64,000 nucleotides of DNA from Anaerolineales bacterium (GTDB lineage Bacteria; Chloroflexota; Anaerolineae; Anaerolineales; UBA4823), in the NCBI GenBank assembly GCA_020061105.1, contig JAGUYW010000030.1:20549-84548 (forward strand), written 5' to 3'. The notes below the pieces were generated by a model. The model did no database searches. It worked only from the letters and a program-made list of their open reading frames with translations, and had not been told where the DNA came from. The translations under genes were made by a program, and so were the position numbers. This document shows positions 19,936 through 29,778 of this stretch, piece after piece (the first letter of the stretch is position 1; each line of letters starts with the position of its first letter).

Positions 19936-21591
19936 TTATACCCAGGCCGGCGGTTGGTACTCGCCCCATGTCTGCCGCATTACGCCGCAAATCTCGCCCA
20001 GGGTGAGTTGCTGCTCGACACATTCGATAAATAAAGGCATCAGGTTTTCGCTGCTGCGCGCCGCGTTCTCCAGGCGTTCCAGCAGTTCATTTGTTCGCTG
20101 GGCGTCGCGCCGCTCCCGCAACTCGGCCAGCCGGGCGCGCTGGTTTTGCTCGATCATCGGATCCACGCGCAAACGTTCCAACTCCATGGTCTCGTCCACC
20201 TGGAAAGCGTTCACCCCTACCACCACCTCCTCGCCGCGTTCCAGGGCTTGCTGGAACTCGTAGGCAGCGTTTTGAATCTCTTCCTGGATATAGCCGCGTT
20301 CGATAGCTTGCAGGGCGCCGCCCATTTCGTCGATCTTTTGAATATAAGTTTCGGCGCGGCGCTCGATCTCATCGGTCAGGTATTCCACCAGGTAAGAGCC
20401 AGCCAGCGGGTCAACCGTGTCGGCTACGCTGGATTCGTGGGCGATGATTTGCTGGCTGCGCAGCGCCACTCGCACCGCTTTTTCGGTTGGCAGCCAAAGG
20501 GCCTCGTCCATGCTGTTGGTGTGCAGCGACTGCGTCCCACCCATCACGGCTGCCATCGCTTGCAAAGCTACCCGCACAACATTGTTTTCAGGCTGCTGAG
20601 CGGTCAGCGTGGAGCCGGCGGTTTGGGTGTGGAAGCGCAGCATCCAGGCACGCGGGTTCTGTGACTGGAATCGCTGACGCATGATTTTAGACCACATGCG
20701 CCGGGCGGCGCGGAATTTTGCCACTTCTTCCAGGAAGTTGTTATGGGCGTTGAAGAAGAACGATAATTGCTCGCCGAAGCCATCGACCTGCAAACCTGCC
20801 TCGATGGCTGCCTGCACATAGGCAATCCCATTCGCCAGGGTGAACGCCACCTCCTGCGCAGCAGTCGAACCGGCTTCGCGGATGTGGTATCCTGAAATGC
20901 TGATTGTGTTCCAGTGCGGCACATTGGCCTGGCAAAATTGGAAGATATTGGTAATCAGGCGCATCGATGGCACAGGTGGGAAGATGTAGGTGCCACGGGC
21001 GATATATTCTTTCAGGATATCGTTCTGGATGGTACCGCGTAGTTGACGAGTCTCCACCCCCTGGCGTCTGGCGACGGCGATGTACATCGCCAGCAAGATT
21101 GAAGCCGGGGCGTTAATCGTCATGCTGGTTGATACTTTATCCAGGGGGATTTCATGGAACAAGGTTTGCATATCTTCCAGCGATGAAATCGATACGCCCA
21201 CTTTGCCCACCTCGCCCATGGCGATCGGGTCATCGGCGTCGTAACCGATCTGCGTTGGCAGGTCAAAAGCCACCGACAGTCCGGTTTGCCCTTGTCCGAG
21301 CAGGTAGCGATAGCGTTGGTTCGATTCCTCAGCGCTGGCGTATCCGGCGTATTGGCGCATCGTCCAGAAACGCCCGCGATACATGTTGGGCTGTACCCCG
21401 CGGGTAAACGGGTACTCTCCCGGAAAGCCCAACTTTTCCATGTAATCCGGGTCATCATCCTGCGGTAATAAAAAATGGGGCAGTGGGATGCTGGAGGAGG
21501 TCTGGAAATTCTTCTTGCGCTCTGGAAAGCGCTTAATCATTGGATTGAGAGTTTTTTCTTGCCAGCGATCCCGTTCAGATTCGATGGTCAT
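19936..21591 (-). CDS. Methylmalonyl-CoA (acyl-CoA) mutase, catalytic large subunit/N-terminal domain
   Basis: Motifs [62 protein letters not shown]. Start moved to ATG 21591, which has an AGGAG RBS at 6 nt. No B12-binding domain is encoded here. Confidence 0.85.
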   Translation of the reverse strand: MTIESERDRWQEKTLNPMIKRFPERKKNFQTSSSIPLPHFLLPQDDDPDYMEKLGFPGEYPFTRGVQPNMYRGRFWTMRQYAGYASAEESNQRYRYLLGQGQTGLSVAFDLPTQIGYDADDPIAMGEVGKVGVSISSLEDMQTLFHEIPLDKVSTSMTINAPASILLAMYIAVARRQGVETRQLRGTIQNDILKEYIARGTYIFPPVPSMRLITNIFQFCQANVPHWNTISISGYHIREAGSTAAQEVAFTLANGIAYVQAAIEAGLQVDGFGEQLSFFFNAHNNFLEEVAKFRAARRMWSKIMRQRFQSQNPRAWMLRFHTQTAGSTLTAQQPENNVVRVALQAMAAVMGGTQSLHTNSMDEALWLPTEKAVRVALRSQQIIAHESSVADTVDPLAGSYLVEYLTDEIERRAETYIQKIDEMGGALQAIERGYIQEEIQNAAYEFQQALERGEEVVVGVNAFQVDETMELERLRVDPMIEQNQRARLAELRERRDAQRTNELLERLENAARSSENLMPLFIECVEQQLTLGEICGVMRQTWGEYQPPAWV

Positions 21592-21946
21592 AAGGCGCTC
21601 CTGTTTTTTTGGGGGTTGAGAAGTCAAACAGTAATTGGTGGTCAGTCAATCAGTGATTCGTTGATCAGTCGATGCGGGGTCTGAGGACAATCGTCTGCTA
21701 TCATTTGTGTTCGAATATATTGAGTATACCTGATCTGTGCCGAAAAGGTAGAGTGTTTCGTCACCCTGTTTCGTGACAATTTTCACATTACAAAGGTTGG
21801 CGTTACCACCCTTGTAATCTGAAGCGCACTAAGAGGCTAAAAATCCTCGTAATCGTGGCCGTGTATGGTAAACTTTCATAATCAATATACTACCCACTCA
21901 TCACCATTCTCTACTCACTACTCACCAATCACATCCCATTCCCACC

Positions 21947-23101
21947 ATGAAAATCCTCACCATCGACATCGGTACCGGAACGCAAGATATTTATCTCTAT
22001 GACTCTCGCCAGGATTTAGAGAACGGTTTCAAACTGGTTGTCCCCTCGCCCACCATGATCATCCACCGGCGCTTGAAAGCTGCCACCCGCCGGGGCCAAC
22101 CCGTGCTGCTGGATGGCGTAATCATGGGCGGCGGACCAGGCGCCTGGGCGGCTGAAGCGCACGCCCGCGCCGGGATCCCGATCTACGCCACTCCCCAGGC
22201 GGCGCGCACTCTCAACGACGACCTGGAGCAAGTGGCGCAAGCTGGCATCCAAATCGTGAGCGAAGATGAAGCCCTTCGCTTGCCGGCTTCGGTGCAGCGC
22301 ATCTTGTTGCAAGACTTCGATTATGCCGCCATTGCTGGCGCTTTTGAGCAGTTCGGCGTGGCTTTGGACGACCTGGCGGCGATTGCCGTGGCGGTGTTCG
22401 ACCACGGCGATGCCCCGCCAGATGTTTCTGATCGCCAGTTTCGTTTCGATTATCTGGACGAACGCATCCGCGCCGAGAACCGCCTGAGCGCCTTTGCCTA
22501 TCAGGCCGAGGCTATCCCGGCGATCATGACGCGCTTGCAGGCAGTGGCGCAGTCGGTCCGTGCCAACCCGCAACTGCATGACCTACCCCTGGTGGTGATG
22601 GATACTGCCCCGGCGGCTGTCTTAGGCGCCAGCTTCGATGCTCGGGTGCGCGCCCAGTCGCGTGTGTTGGTTACCAATGTCGGCAATTTCCACACCCTGG
22701 CTTTCCGCCTCGGCCCTGGCGGGATCGAAGGCGTTTTTGAGCACCACACCGGTTTGCTTAACCTGCCAGCCCTGGAAACTTTACTGCGTGCCCTGGCCGA
22801 TAGCAGCCTGACCCATGCAGATGTTTTTGAGCATCATGGGCATGGCGCCCTGGTTTACGATCCTGAGCCGCTGCCTTTGACAGGTGAATTAGACGTGGTG
22901 GTTACAGGGCCGCGCCGTAATATGATGACCCCCTCAACGTTACATCCGTACTTTGCCGTTCCCTTTGGCGATATGATGATCGCCGGCTGCTTTGGCTTGC
23001 TGGCTGCCGTTGCGGATGTGCAGCCCGAACTGGGCGAGCCCATCCGCCTATCTCTGGCTGGCGCGGGCGGCAGTGGGACCCCGCCATGGGAAATCAACTA
23101 A
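21947..23101 (+). CDS. DUF1786-like protein (ASKHA/sugar-kinase-like N-terminus), function unknown
   Basis: N-terminal ILTIDIGTGTQDIYLYD phosphate-1-like motif. The family assignment is from memory only. Confidence 0.5.
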   Translation: MKILTIDIGTGTQDIYLYDSRQDLENGFKLVVPSPTMIIHRRLKAATRRGQPVLLDGVIMGGGPGAWAAEAHARAGIPIYATPQAARTLNDDLEQVAQAGIQIVSEDEALRLPASVQRILLQDFDYAAIAGAFEQFGVALDDLAAIAVAVFDHGDAPPDVSDRQFRFDYLDERIRAENRLSAFAYQAEAIPAIMTRLQAVAQSVRANPQLHDLPLVVMDTAPAAVLGASFDARVRAQSRVLVTNVGNFHTLAFRLGPGGIEGVFEHHTGLLNLPALETLLRALADSSLTHADVFEHHGHGALVYDPEPLPLTGELDVVVTGPRRNMMTPSTLHPYFAVPFGDMMIAGCFGLLAAVADVQPELGEPIRLSLAGAGGSGTPPWEIN

Positions 23102-23132
23102 AGAAATGAAATAAATTTCAGCTTTATATGGA

Positions 23133-23414
23133 TCAAACTACAGCGATTTGCACGCGCTTCCCCAGCGCCTGGGCTGCTTTTTCCAAAGTTTGTAATGTGA
23201 CGGACTGATTTTCGGGATCAAGCAACCGGTCAAGCGCGGCTCGGCTGGTCTTCATCCGTTTTGCCATTGCTGATTTACTCAGATTCTGCTCTTGCATCAA
23301 GCGATAAATCTGAAACGCAATAACACGCTTCACAGCCACACTCTCCGCCTCTCCCAGCAGACCTTCTTCCGCTAGGAAATCATCAAAGTTACTACCGAGA
23401 TATTGTTTCTTCAT
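23133..23414 (-). CDS. higA: HigA-like antitoxin (XRE-type HTH)
   Basis: Start moved to ATG 23414 (MKKQYLGSNFDDFL). HTH segment NLSKSAMAKRMKTSRAALDRLL. 4-nt ATGA overlap with the upstream toxin gene. Confidence 0.75.
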   Translation of the reverse strand: MKKQYLGSNFDDFLAEEGLLGEAESVAVKRVIAFQIYRLMQEQNLSKSAMAKRMKTSRAALDRLLDPENQSVTLQTLEKAAQALGKRVQIAVV

Positions 23415-23761
23415 TTGCCGCCTCGCAACTGCGCGAATCGTTTTCGCGCCAGTTCTAGATCTTCTGTAGGTGTCCGTTGGGATTTCTTGATAAACCCATG
23501 TAGAAGGATCATCACACCTTCTTCTTCTGTAAAAAGTACTCGAGCTATGCCATCCCGCAGCCTGGACCGCACTTCCCATAATCCAGGCTCTAGCTTGCGT
23601 ACGACGGGCATTCCCAATGGCCAACCAAATTGGACTGTCTTGATATCCGCTCCGATAATCTTTTTGTCTTCTATGGGTAAGGATTTAAGCCAGTCCCGCA
23701 CAGGCTCATTTCCCATTGTTGTTCGGAAAAATACCACGCTCAGACGAAAATCATCGCTCAC
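23411..23761 (-). CDS. higB: HigB/RelE-superfamily toxin (Gp49/DUF891-like)
   Basis: 116 aa. Motifs EPVRDWLKSL...KLEPGLWEVRSRL.DGIARVLF....MILLHGFIKKSQRTP are typical of Gp49-like killer proteins. Toxin-first gene order. Confidence 0.75.
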   Translation of the reverse strand: MSDDFRLSVVFFRTTMGNEPVRDWLKSLPIEDKKIIGADIKTVQFGWPLGMPVVRKLEPGLWEVRSRLRDGIARVLFTEEEGVMILLHGFIKKSQRTPTEDLELARKRFAQLRGGK

Positions 23762-23770
23762 ATACTAAAG

Positions 23771-23788
23771 TGTATCAATAATGATACA
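23771..23788. promoter_or_regulatory. Perfect 18-bp palindrome, putative HigA operator
   Basis: TGTATCA-ATAA-TGATACA begins 10 nt upstream of the higB start codon. Confidence 0.5.
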
Positions 23789-23953
23789 AACTGTCAATAG
23801 AGAATGTCAGCCTCGCATGTAGTTCTTACGTTATTTTTATAAATTTGCGGTATAACAATACTACGCGCTGGAACCGCAACCATTTGCAGTTTCCATAGAT
23901 GTTCTGTTTGACAATTATCTAATACCGAATCAACTTTTTTCTAGGAGGTGAGC

Positions 23954-25843
23954 ATGGCAAAAAAAGCAACAGGTCCAGCTCAGGACGCTCAATCAACCCC
24001 GCAAAGTAAAGAACACAACTTTAAGGCCGAAACCCGCCAGCTTTTGGATATTTTAATCCATTCGCTTTATACCGAGCGCGAGATTTTCTTGCGCGAATTG
24101 ATCTCCAACGCTTCCGACGCATTGACGCGCCTGGATTTTGAACTGCTGACCAACCGTGATGTGCTTGACCCCGACGCCGAGCTCTCCATTCGCATCTTGC
24201 CGGACGAAGCCGAAGGCACTCTGACGATCCTGGATACAGGCATCGGTATGACTGCCCAGGAGCTTGAGCGCAACCTCGGCACAATCGCCCAATCGGGGGC
24301 GCGCGAGTTCCTGGCCGCCGCCCAGCAAAACGGCCAGCGCCTGTCCGACTTGATCGGTCAATTTGGGGTCGGTTTTTACTCGGCCTTCATGGTGGCTGAG
24401 TGGATCCGTGTGACCTCTCGCTCTTACCAGAAAGACGCCCAGGCGGCAGCCTGGTTCTGCACGGGCGCCGACACCTTCACGATCGAACCCGCCGACAAGG
24501 CCGAGCGCGGCACAGCAGTGGTGATCAAACTCAAAGAAGACGCCAGGGAATTCTTGCAAGAACACCGCCTGCGAGAAATCCTTCGCAAGCATTCCGACTT
24601 CGTGCCTTTCCCGATTTCGATTGGCGAATCGACCGAACAGGCTAATCGCCAGACGGCTATCTGGCGCCAACAGCCGCGCGAGGTCGAACAAAAAGATTAC
24701 CACGATTTTTACCAGCAGCTCACCCTGGATTTCGAAGAGCCGCTCACCTACGCCCACATGGCGGTCGATGCGCCGGTGCAGATGTACGCCATCCTGTACA
24801 TTCCGACCAAGCCGGAGCGCAGCATCTTCTCGCCGCGTAAGGAAGAAGGCCTCAAACTTTACGCTCGCAAAATCCTGATCCAGGAATACAACAAAGACCT
24901 GCTGCCCGAATATTTGAACTTTGTGCAAGGTGTGGTTGACTCGGAAGATATCCCGCTCAATGTCTCGCGCGAGGCCGTGCAATCAAGTCGCCTCATGGCC
25001 CAGCTCAAGAAGCTGGTTACCGGCAAAGTGCTCGATATGATCAAAAAGCTCGCCGCCGAAGACGCCGAGAAATACGCCGCTTTTTGGAAGAACTATGCCC
25101 GCTATATCAAGCAGGGCGTAGCGATTGAGCCCGAGGAACCCGAAGCGCTGTATCCCTTGCTGCGCTTCCATACCACCGATCAGCCGGAAACCTGGTCTTC
25201 GTTGGACGATTATATCGCCCGCATGAAGCCCGACCAGAAGGGCATCTATTACATCATCGGCGACGATGACCGTTCCGTGCTTTACAGCCCACACCTGGAT
25301 GTGGTTCGCCATTATGGTTACCCGGTTTTGATGATGACTGACCCGCTGGATGCCTTCATGCTGGTGCGCCTGACCAGATACAAGGAAATTCCAGTTAGCA
25401 ACGTAGCGACAGCCAGCCTGGCTCTGCCCGAGGGCGGCGAAGACAAGCCATCTGAAGACGGGGAAACCCCGGCGCCCGACCATGCCGGCCTGATCGAACG
25501 CTTCAAGAATATCCTGGGTGAGCGCATCAGCGATGTGCGCATTACCACCCGCCTGGTCGATTCACCTGCCCGTCTGGTCGACCCTGAAGGCGCCATGAAC
25601 CAGGAGATGCAGCGCGTCTATCGCATGCTCAACCGCGAATACGAGGTTCCCAAGAAAGTATTGGAACTGAACCCGCGCCATATCCTGCTTACTCGCTTGC
25701 AGGCTTTGCAGGTGGATGACCCGTTGAACGAACTGGTGGTTGAACAAATTTACGAGGATGCCTTGCTGATCGAGGGGCTGCACCCCGATCCTGCCAGCAT
25801 GATCGCCCGCATCCAGAAATTGATCGAAGCAGCTTTAGTATAA
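23954..25843 (+). CDS. htpG: Molecular chaperone HtpG (Hsp90)
   Basis: Motifs FKAETRQLLDILIHSLYTEREIFLRELISNASDAL, IGQFGVGFYSAF, full length. ATG 23954 is preferred over GTG 23948 because an AGGAGG RBS lies 5 nt upstream. Confidence 0.9.
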   Translation: MAKKATGPAQDAQSTPQSKEHNFKAETRQLLDILIHSLYTEREIFLRELISNASDALTRLDFELLTNRDVLDPDAELSIRILPDEAEGTLTILDTGIGMTAQELERNLGTIAQSGAREFLAAAQQNGQRLSDLIGQFGVGFYSAFMVAEWIRVTSRSYQKDAQAAAWFCTGADTFTIEPADKAERGTAVVIKLKEDAREFLQEHRLREILRKHSDFVPFPISIGESTEQANRQTAIWRQQPREVEQKDYHDFYQQLTLDFEEPLTYAHMAVDAPVQMYAILYIPTKPERSIFSPRKEEGLKLYARKILIQEYNKDLLPEYLNFVQGVVDSEDIPLNVSREAVQSSRLMAQLKKLVTGKVLDMIKKLAAEDAEKYAAFWKNYARYIKQGVAIEPEEPEALYPLLRFHTTDQPETWSSLDDYIARMKPDQKGIYYIIGDDDRSVLYSPHLDVVRHYGYPVLMMTDPLDAFMLVRLTRYKEIPVSNVATASLALPEGGEDKPSEDGETPAPDHAGLIERFKNILGERISDVRITTRLVDSPARLVDPEGAMNQEMQRVYRMLNREYEVPKKVLELNPRHILLTRLQALQVDDPLNELVVEQIYEDALLIEGLHPDPASMIARIQKLIEAALV

Positions 25844-25847
25844 TACA

Positions 25848-25920
25848 GGCAGCACAGGCGGGTATTCTCTGAGGGTATCCTGGCCTGTTTGGTTAGGCAC
25901 CCTCTTGCGCCTGTGCTGCC
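25848..25920 (+). other. Nested long stem-loop downstream of htpG
   Basis: The outer 13-bp stem GGCAGCACAGGCG/CGCCTGTGCTGCC encloses an inner 6-bp stem GAGGGT/ACCCTC. It overlaps the over-extended ORF-track start at 25889. Confidence 0.6.
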
Positions 25921-25969
25921 ACATGGCTTTTCTTCCTTTTTCGCCCGGCCCGAGGAGGGCGCATCGCTG

Positions 25970-28678
25970 ATGGAAACCGAGGGCGTATCGCTATTTCAGT
26001 CTGGGGTGTGGCTGATCCCCTTGTTTCTGGTTGTCATGCTGGCGTTGCTCTTCTGGCTGGTGCGGCGTTGGCGAGACCGCATCCAGGCCGATCTGAAAGC
26101 TGTGCGCAGTGAACTGCGCCAGATGCGCAACACACGCCGCGAACTTGACCAGGCCTTGCAGGGCTACGCTCCTGACGATCCAGAGCCCTACGGGCAGCTT
26201 ACGATCTCCTTGCAACAGCAGCTGCAGCGCATTGATACCCAAATTCATGACCTCGAACTGGAGTTGGTCAGGCTGCACGAACGCGCCAGCGCTGCAGCGC
26301 CAAAAGGTTTCCCGCAAGCGCTCAACGCCCCCAAAAGCTGGTACCAGTTACGCAGCGACGCTTTGGCCTTCTCGGAGCGCGCCGGGCAGACCTGGCAATC
26401 CATTGATGCCGCCGCGCAACAAACTCACTTGCTGGAGCGCCTGAGCTGGCAGGTGGCGCAGAAGGCCCGCCAGGTTTCCGCCTTGCAAGAGCAGGCCCAC
26501 CAACTCATAGATCAGCTGCGCCAGCGCGGCCTGCATGGCGCAGCCCTCGAAGATGCTGCCCAGGTTGTGCAGCAAACTCACGCCGAAATCCAGCAAATCC
26601 CCATCTTTTTCCTGAGCGGCGATCAGAACAGCCTGCTGCAGCAAGCCGATAAAGCCAGCGCCAGCGCAGTGCACGGATTGGCGACCCGCGTTGAGCAAAC
26701 GCTCCAGCCTGTGGTGGCGCAGGCCAGTGAATGGCAGCAGCAGTTCAGCCATCTCACCCGCCTTGCCGGCGGCTTGCAGCGCGCCTTGCAAACGCTCGAG
26801 CGCCTGCTTACCCAGCCGCCGCCAGTATTAAACGTTGTTGCCGCTCAGACTGCGTTCCAAGAGCTGCAAACCCAGGCCAACCAGGCGCACAGCCGCGTCC
26901 AGCAGCCTGCCGTCGAGCAACTCGAAACGTTGGCGCAGCAAGCTGGACATATTACCGAGAGCGCCCAAAAACTCGCTAATCAGTTAGCCCAGGCTTACGA
27001 TGCCCTGCCCAGGCTGGCAACCGAGCTGGCGGATTTACAGAGCGGCCTGAAGAAAATGTCCCTCTCTCTCACTGCCTTGAGTTCGAAAAGCGCTTACCCG
27101 GTCGCCTGGTCAAAAAGCTCTGCCAGTATGAACGAACTCAACCAGCGCGCCGCAGTTATCGGCGCGGCCGGTAACACGCGCACCCCTGAACAGGCGCTCA
27201 ATGACTTGCAGCGCGCTGCCCAGCTCAATGAGCAGCTGCGCGACCACCTGAGCCGGCTTCAACAACTCGAAATCCATTATGGCGAACTGCACCAGATCCT
27301 GACCAACCCGGAAATCAGCAACTTGCCGGCCTGGCTGGCGCAAATTGGGCGCCTGTCCGGTAAAGTTGGCCATTATGCTCCCGAAAACTGGCCTCGCCAG
27401 GACGCAGTGCGAGACCTGCCTGCTGAGGTGCAAGCGCTGGGTGAGATGATGCAACAGGCCATGCCCGCGGGCGCCATTCCTGAAGACCTGGTACCCCAAC
27501 GGCTGGAAGACTCCCGCCGCCTGGCGCAGGCCTACCACAACCTGCAAAAGCGCGTCGAAAGCATCCACAACCGCCTGACCGACTTAGAAAAGCAAGAAAA
27601 CCAGGTTCAAGAACGCCTGCGCGAGGCCCAAACGACAGTCAACCAGGTGGCGCTGCTGGTGGGCAGCAATCCCTTCCTTTCCCAACTCGCCGCCCAGGAG
27701 CTCGAACGCTTCAAGGTCGACTTGCAAAACGCCCTCCAGGAGCTTGAGCAGCGCCAGCGCGGCAGCCTTGAAAAGAAGGCCCGCTCTGGCGAAGCGCTGA
27801 TTGAGAAAATCGAGCAAAGCGCCAACCGTTGGCTCGATCAACTCAACCAGGAAATCCAGACCCAGGCCCAAGCGTTGGCAGCGCGCTTGAAGGCACTCGA
27901 TGAGATCGCCACACTTGAAGACCAGCCCGTTTACGAGGCACGGCGCGTGCTGTCCGCCAGGCCGACGGGCAGCGCCGGTCGCACCAGTAAAGCGAAATTT
28001 CGAATGCCAGAACTTACTCCGGAGTTCAAACGCCGCAGCGATTACTGGCAATCTTGCACCGGCGCCAGCAAGGGCCTGGAAGATATTGCGATGCCGGTGA
28101 TTGACTCGTTCGATAAAGCCGCCGCCTATCGCCAGCAAAGCCGCGACCAGCTCAGCCAGGCGGCAAAATGGCTGCACGAAGTGCGCCAATGGCCTCCCAC
28201 CGCCGTCTCGCTCGATGGCGAGCGCCAGGAACTGGACAACCTGGATAAGCAGTGGCAGGTTATGAAGGATGAACAAAAGCGCGGCATTCACCTTGTGCAG
28301 CAGTTAGAGCAGCTTGCCGCCCGTTATTATGACCTGGGCGTCAAGATCGATTCCGCCGTCCAACGCGCCGAGCAAGAGATGACCGCCATCGAACAGCTAG
28401 AAGCGCAGATTCACGATCTTTACGGGCTCTGGCAAGAAAATATGAACGCTTACCGCGACGATGCGCGAGTCGTGGGCGATATCCGCGCCCTCTTGGAAGC
28501 GGTTGAGCGTGAAAACGCCGCCATCAAGCGCCAATACAGGCAACAGGGACGCGACTCCAGCTATGGTCAGGTGATGCAAAACCTGAAAGCCTTGGAGCGC
28601 AAAGTGCGCTATTTCCTGGTTGACCTGGACGCCGACCACGCCCTGGATGTGCAAGGCAATGTCAGCCGCCGGCGCTAG
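25970..28678 (+). CDS. Membrane-anchored ~900-aa coiled-coil protein (EzrA-like topology), function unknown
   Basis: Start placed at METEGV. One N-terminal TM (VWLIPLFLVVMLALLFWLV) followed by ~870 aa of Q/L/A/E-rich heptad-like sequence with no recognisable enzymatic motif. Confidence 0.6.
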   Translation: METEGVSLFQSGVWLIPLFLVVMLALLFWLVRRWRDRIQADLKAVRSELRQMRNTRRELDQALQGYAPDDPEPYGQLTISLQQQLQRIDTQIHDLELELVRLHERASAAAPKGFPQALNAPKSWYQLRSDALAFSERAGQTWQSIDAAAQQTHLLERLSWQVAQKARQVSALQEQAHQLIDQLRQRGLHGAALEDAAQVVQQTHAEIQQIPIFFLSGDQNSLLQQADKASASAVHGLATRVEQTLQPVVAQASEWQQQFSHLTRLAGGLQRALQTLERLLTQPPPVLNVVAAQTAFQELQTQANQAHSRVQQPAVEQLETLAQQAGHITESAQKLANQLAQAYDALPRLATELADLQSGLKKMSLSLTALSSKSAYPVAWSKSSASMNELNQRAAVIGAAGNTRTPEQALNDLQRAAQLNEQLRDHLSRLQQLEIHYGELHQILTNPEISNLPAWLAQIGRLSGKVGHYAPENWPRQDAVRDLPAEVQALGEMMQQAMPAGAIPEDLVPQRLEDSRRLAQAYHNLQKRVESIHNRLTDLEKQENQVQERLREAQTTVNQVALLVGSNPFLSQLAAQELERFKVDLQNALQELEQRQRGSLEKKARSGEALIEKIEQSANRWLDQLNQEIQTQAQALAARLKALDEIATLEDQPVYEARRVLSARPTGSAGRTSKAKFRMPELTPEFKRRSDYWQSCTGASKGLEDIAMPVIDSFDKAAAYRQQSRDQLSQAAKWLHEVRQWPPTAVSLDGERQELDNLDKQWQVMKDEQKRGIHLVQQLEQLAARYYDLGVKIDSAVQRAEQEMTAIEQLEAQIHDLYGLWQENMNAYRDDARVVGDIRALLEAVERENAAIKRQYRQQGRDSSYGQVMQNLKALERKVRYFLVDLDADHALDVQGNVSRRR

Positions 28679-28739
28679 TTTGAAATTTTGACCTTGATTA
28701 AAGGCAAGAAAGTGGTACAATGGCTTTCGCTTAAAGACT

Positions 28740-28813
28740 GCCCTCGTAGCTCAGTGGATTAGAGCATTTGCTTGCGGAGCAAAGGGTCGCGTGTTCGAGT
28801 CGCGCCGAGGGCG
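28740..28813 (+). tRNA. tRNA-Arg (anticodon GCG)
   Basis: Hand-folded cloverleaf. Acceptor GCCCTCG/CGAGGGC, D arm GCTC-AGTGGATTA-GAGC with A20, anticodon stem TTTGC/GCAAA, loop TT-GCG-GA, T arm GCGTG-TTCGAGT-CGCGC, discriminator G. CCA is not encoded. Confidence 0.8.
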
Positions 28814-28832
28814 CCTGATAGCACCATCAAGA

Positions 28833-28863
28833 CAATTGCCTGGCAAAATTCGCCAGGCAATTG
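28833..28863 (+). terminator. Stem-loop after tRNA-Arg
   Basis: 12-bp stem CAATTGCCTGGC/GCCAGGCAATTG with a 7-nt loop. Only a weak T-tract follows. Confidence 0.5.
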
Positions 28864-28934
28864 CTATTAATTATGATCTTGCAAAGCAATCCATGGCATG
28901 TTAGAGTTAAGCCAGGAGTTCTTTTCGAAAAATC

Positions 28935-29762
28935 ATGCCTGTGAAAAAACCTCAAATCTTACTCACTAACGATGATGGCATCGATTCGCCGGGCTTGTGG
29001 GCGGCTGCCAGGGTGCTTTCCAGCCTGGGCTATGTGAATGTGATTGCCCCGCGCGAGCAGTTTTCTGGCGCCGGGCGCAGCCTGCCCAGTACCTCGGATG
29101 GCATCATCAAGCCCCAACAAATGACTGTCAACGGCCAGACCTGGGAAGTGTATTCAGTGGGCGGCGCGCCGGCCCAAACCGTGCTGCACGCCGTCCTGGA
29201 AGTATTGCCCGAGCTGCCCGATCTGCTTGTTTCGGGTATTAATTTTGGAGAGAACGTGGGCAGCGGCGTAACTATCTCGGGCACGGTGGGGGCGGCTCTG
29301 GAAGGCGCTTCGATGGGCATTCCCTCGCTGGCTGTCTCCCTGGAAACCGAACCAGAACACCATTACAGCCACTCCGAAGAGGTGGATTTTTCAGTCGCCG
29401 CCTATTTCACTCACTATTTCGCGCAGTTGGTTTTGGAAAAAGGCCTGCCCGAGGATGTCGATGTGTTGAAGATCGATGTGCCTTGCAACGCCTCTCCCAA
29501 AACCCCCTGGGTGATGACGCGCTTATCCCGCCAGCGCTACTTCGAAGCCACCCGCCCTGAACGCCATTCCTGGGATGTACCCGGACGGGTCGGCTACCGC
29601 CGCATGCCGGATTTCGAGAAAGAGCAACCCGATACGGATGTCTATGCCTTACAGGTGCAGCGCTTGGTCTCGGTGACGCCGCTTAGCCTGGATTTAACTT
29701 CCCGCATCGATCTGCAAACCTACGAGCAGCGTTTGCGCCAGGCGCAAGGTCCAATAACTTAG
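28935..29762 (+). CDS. surE: 5'/3'-nucleotidase SurE
   Basis: N-terminal ILLTNDDGIDSPGL and GINFGENVGSGVTISGTVGAA motifs. Confidence 0.85.
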   Translation: MPVKKPQILLTNDDGIDSPGLWAAARVLSSLGYVNVIAPREQFSGAGRSLPSTSDGIIKPQQMTVNGQTWEVYSVGGAPAQTVLHAVLEVLPELPDLLVSGINFGENVGSGVTISGTVGAALEGASMGIPSLAVSLETEPEHHYSHSEEVDFSVAAYFTHYFAQLVLEKGLPEDVDVLKIDVPCNASPKTPWVMTRLSRQRYFEATRPERHSWDVPGRVGYRRMPDFEKEQPDTDVYALQVQRLVSVTPLSLDLTSRIDLQTYEQRLRQAQGPIT

Positions 29763-29778
29763 GGTTGCTGAGTGTAGC

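Noticed and set aside
21592-21946. Possible cobalamin riboswitch or operator in the 355-bp divergent region upstream of the mutase gene. It contains several TCAGT repeats near 21640-21670 and an imperfect hairpin near 21788-21818.
   Set aside because: I could find no B12-box-like core or conserved riboswitch helices. The short repeats are too degenerate to call.
24053-24982. 309-aa ORF antisense to htpG. Similar long antisense or alternate-frame ORFs occur at 46452..47381, 52035..53129, 51911..52783, 33813..34622, 41100..41855, 27584..28291, 37299..37925, 14059..14682, 4154..4753, 22016..22579, 429..848 and 949..1461.
   Set aside because: Each lies opposite to, or out of frame with, a gene carrying strong family motifs. 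Their products are Arg/Gly/Ala/Pro-rich and low in complexity, which is typical of GC-rich shadow ORFs.
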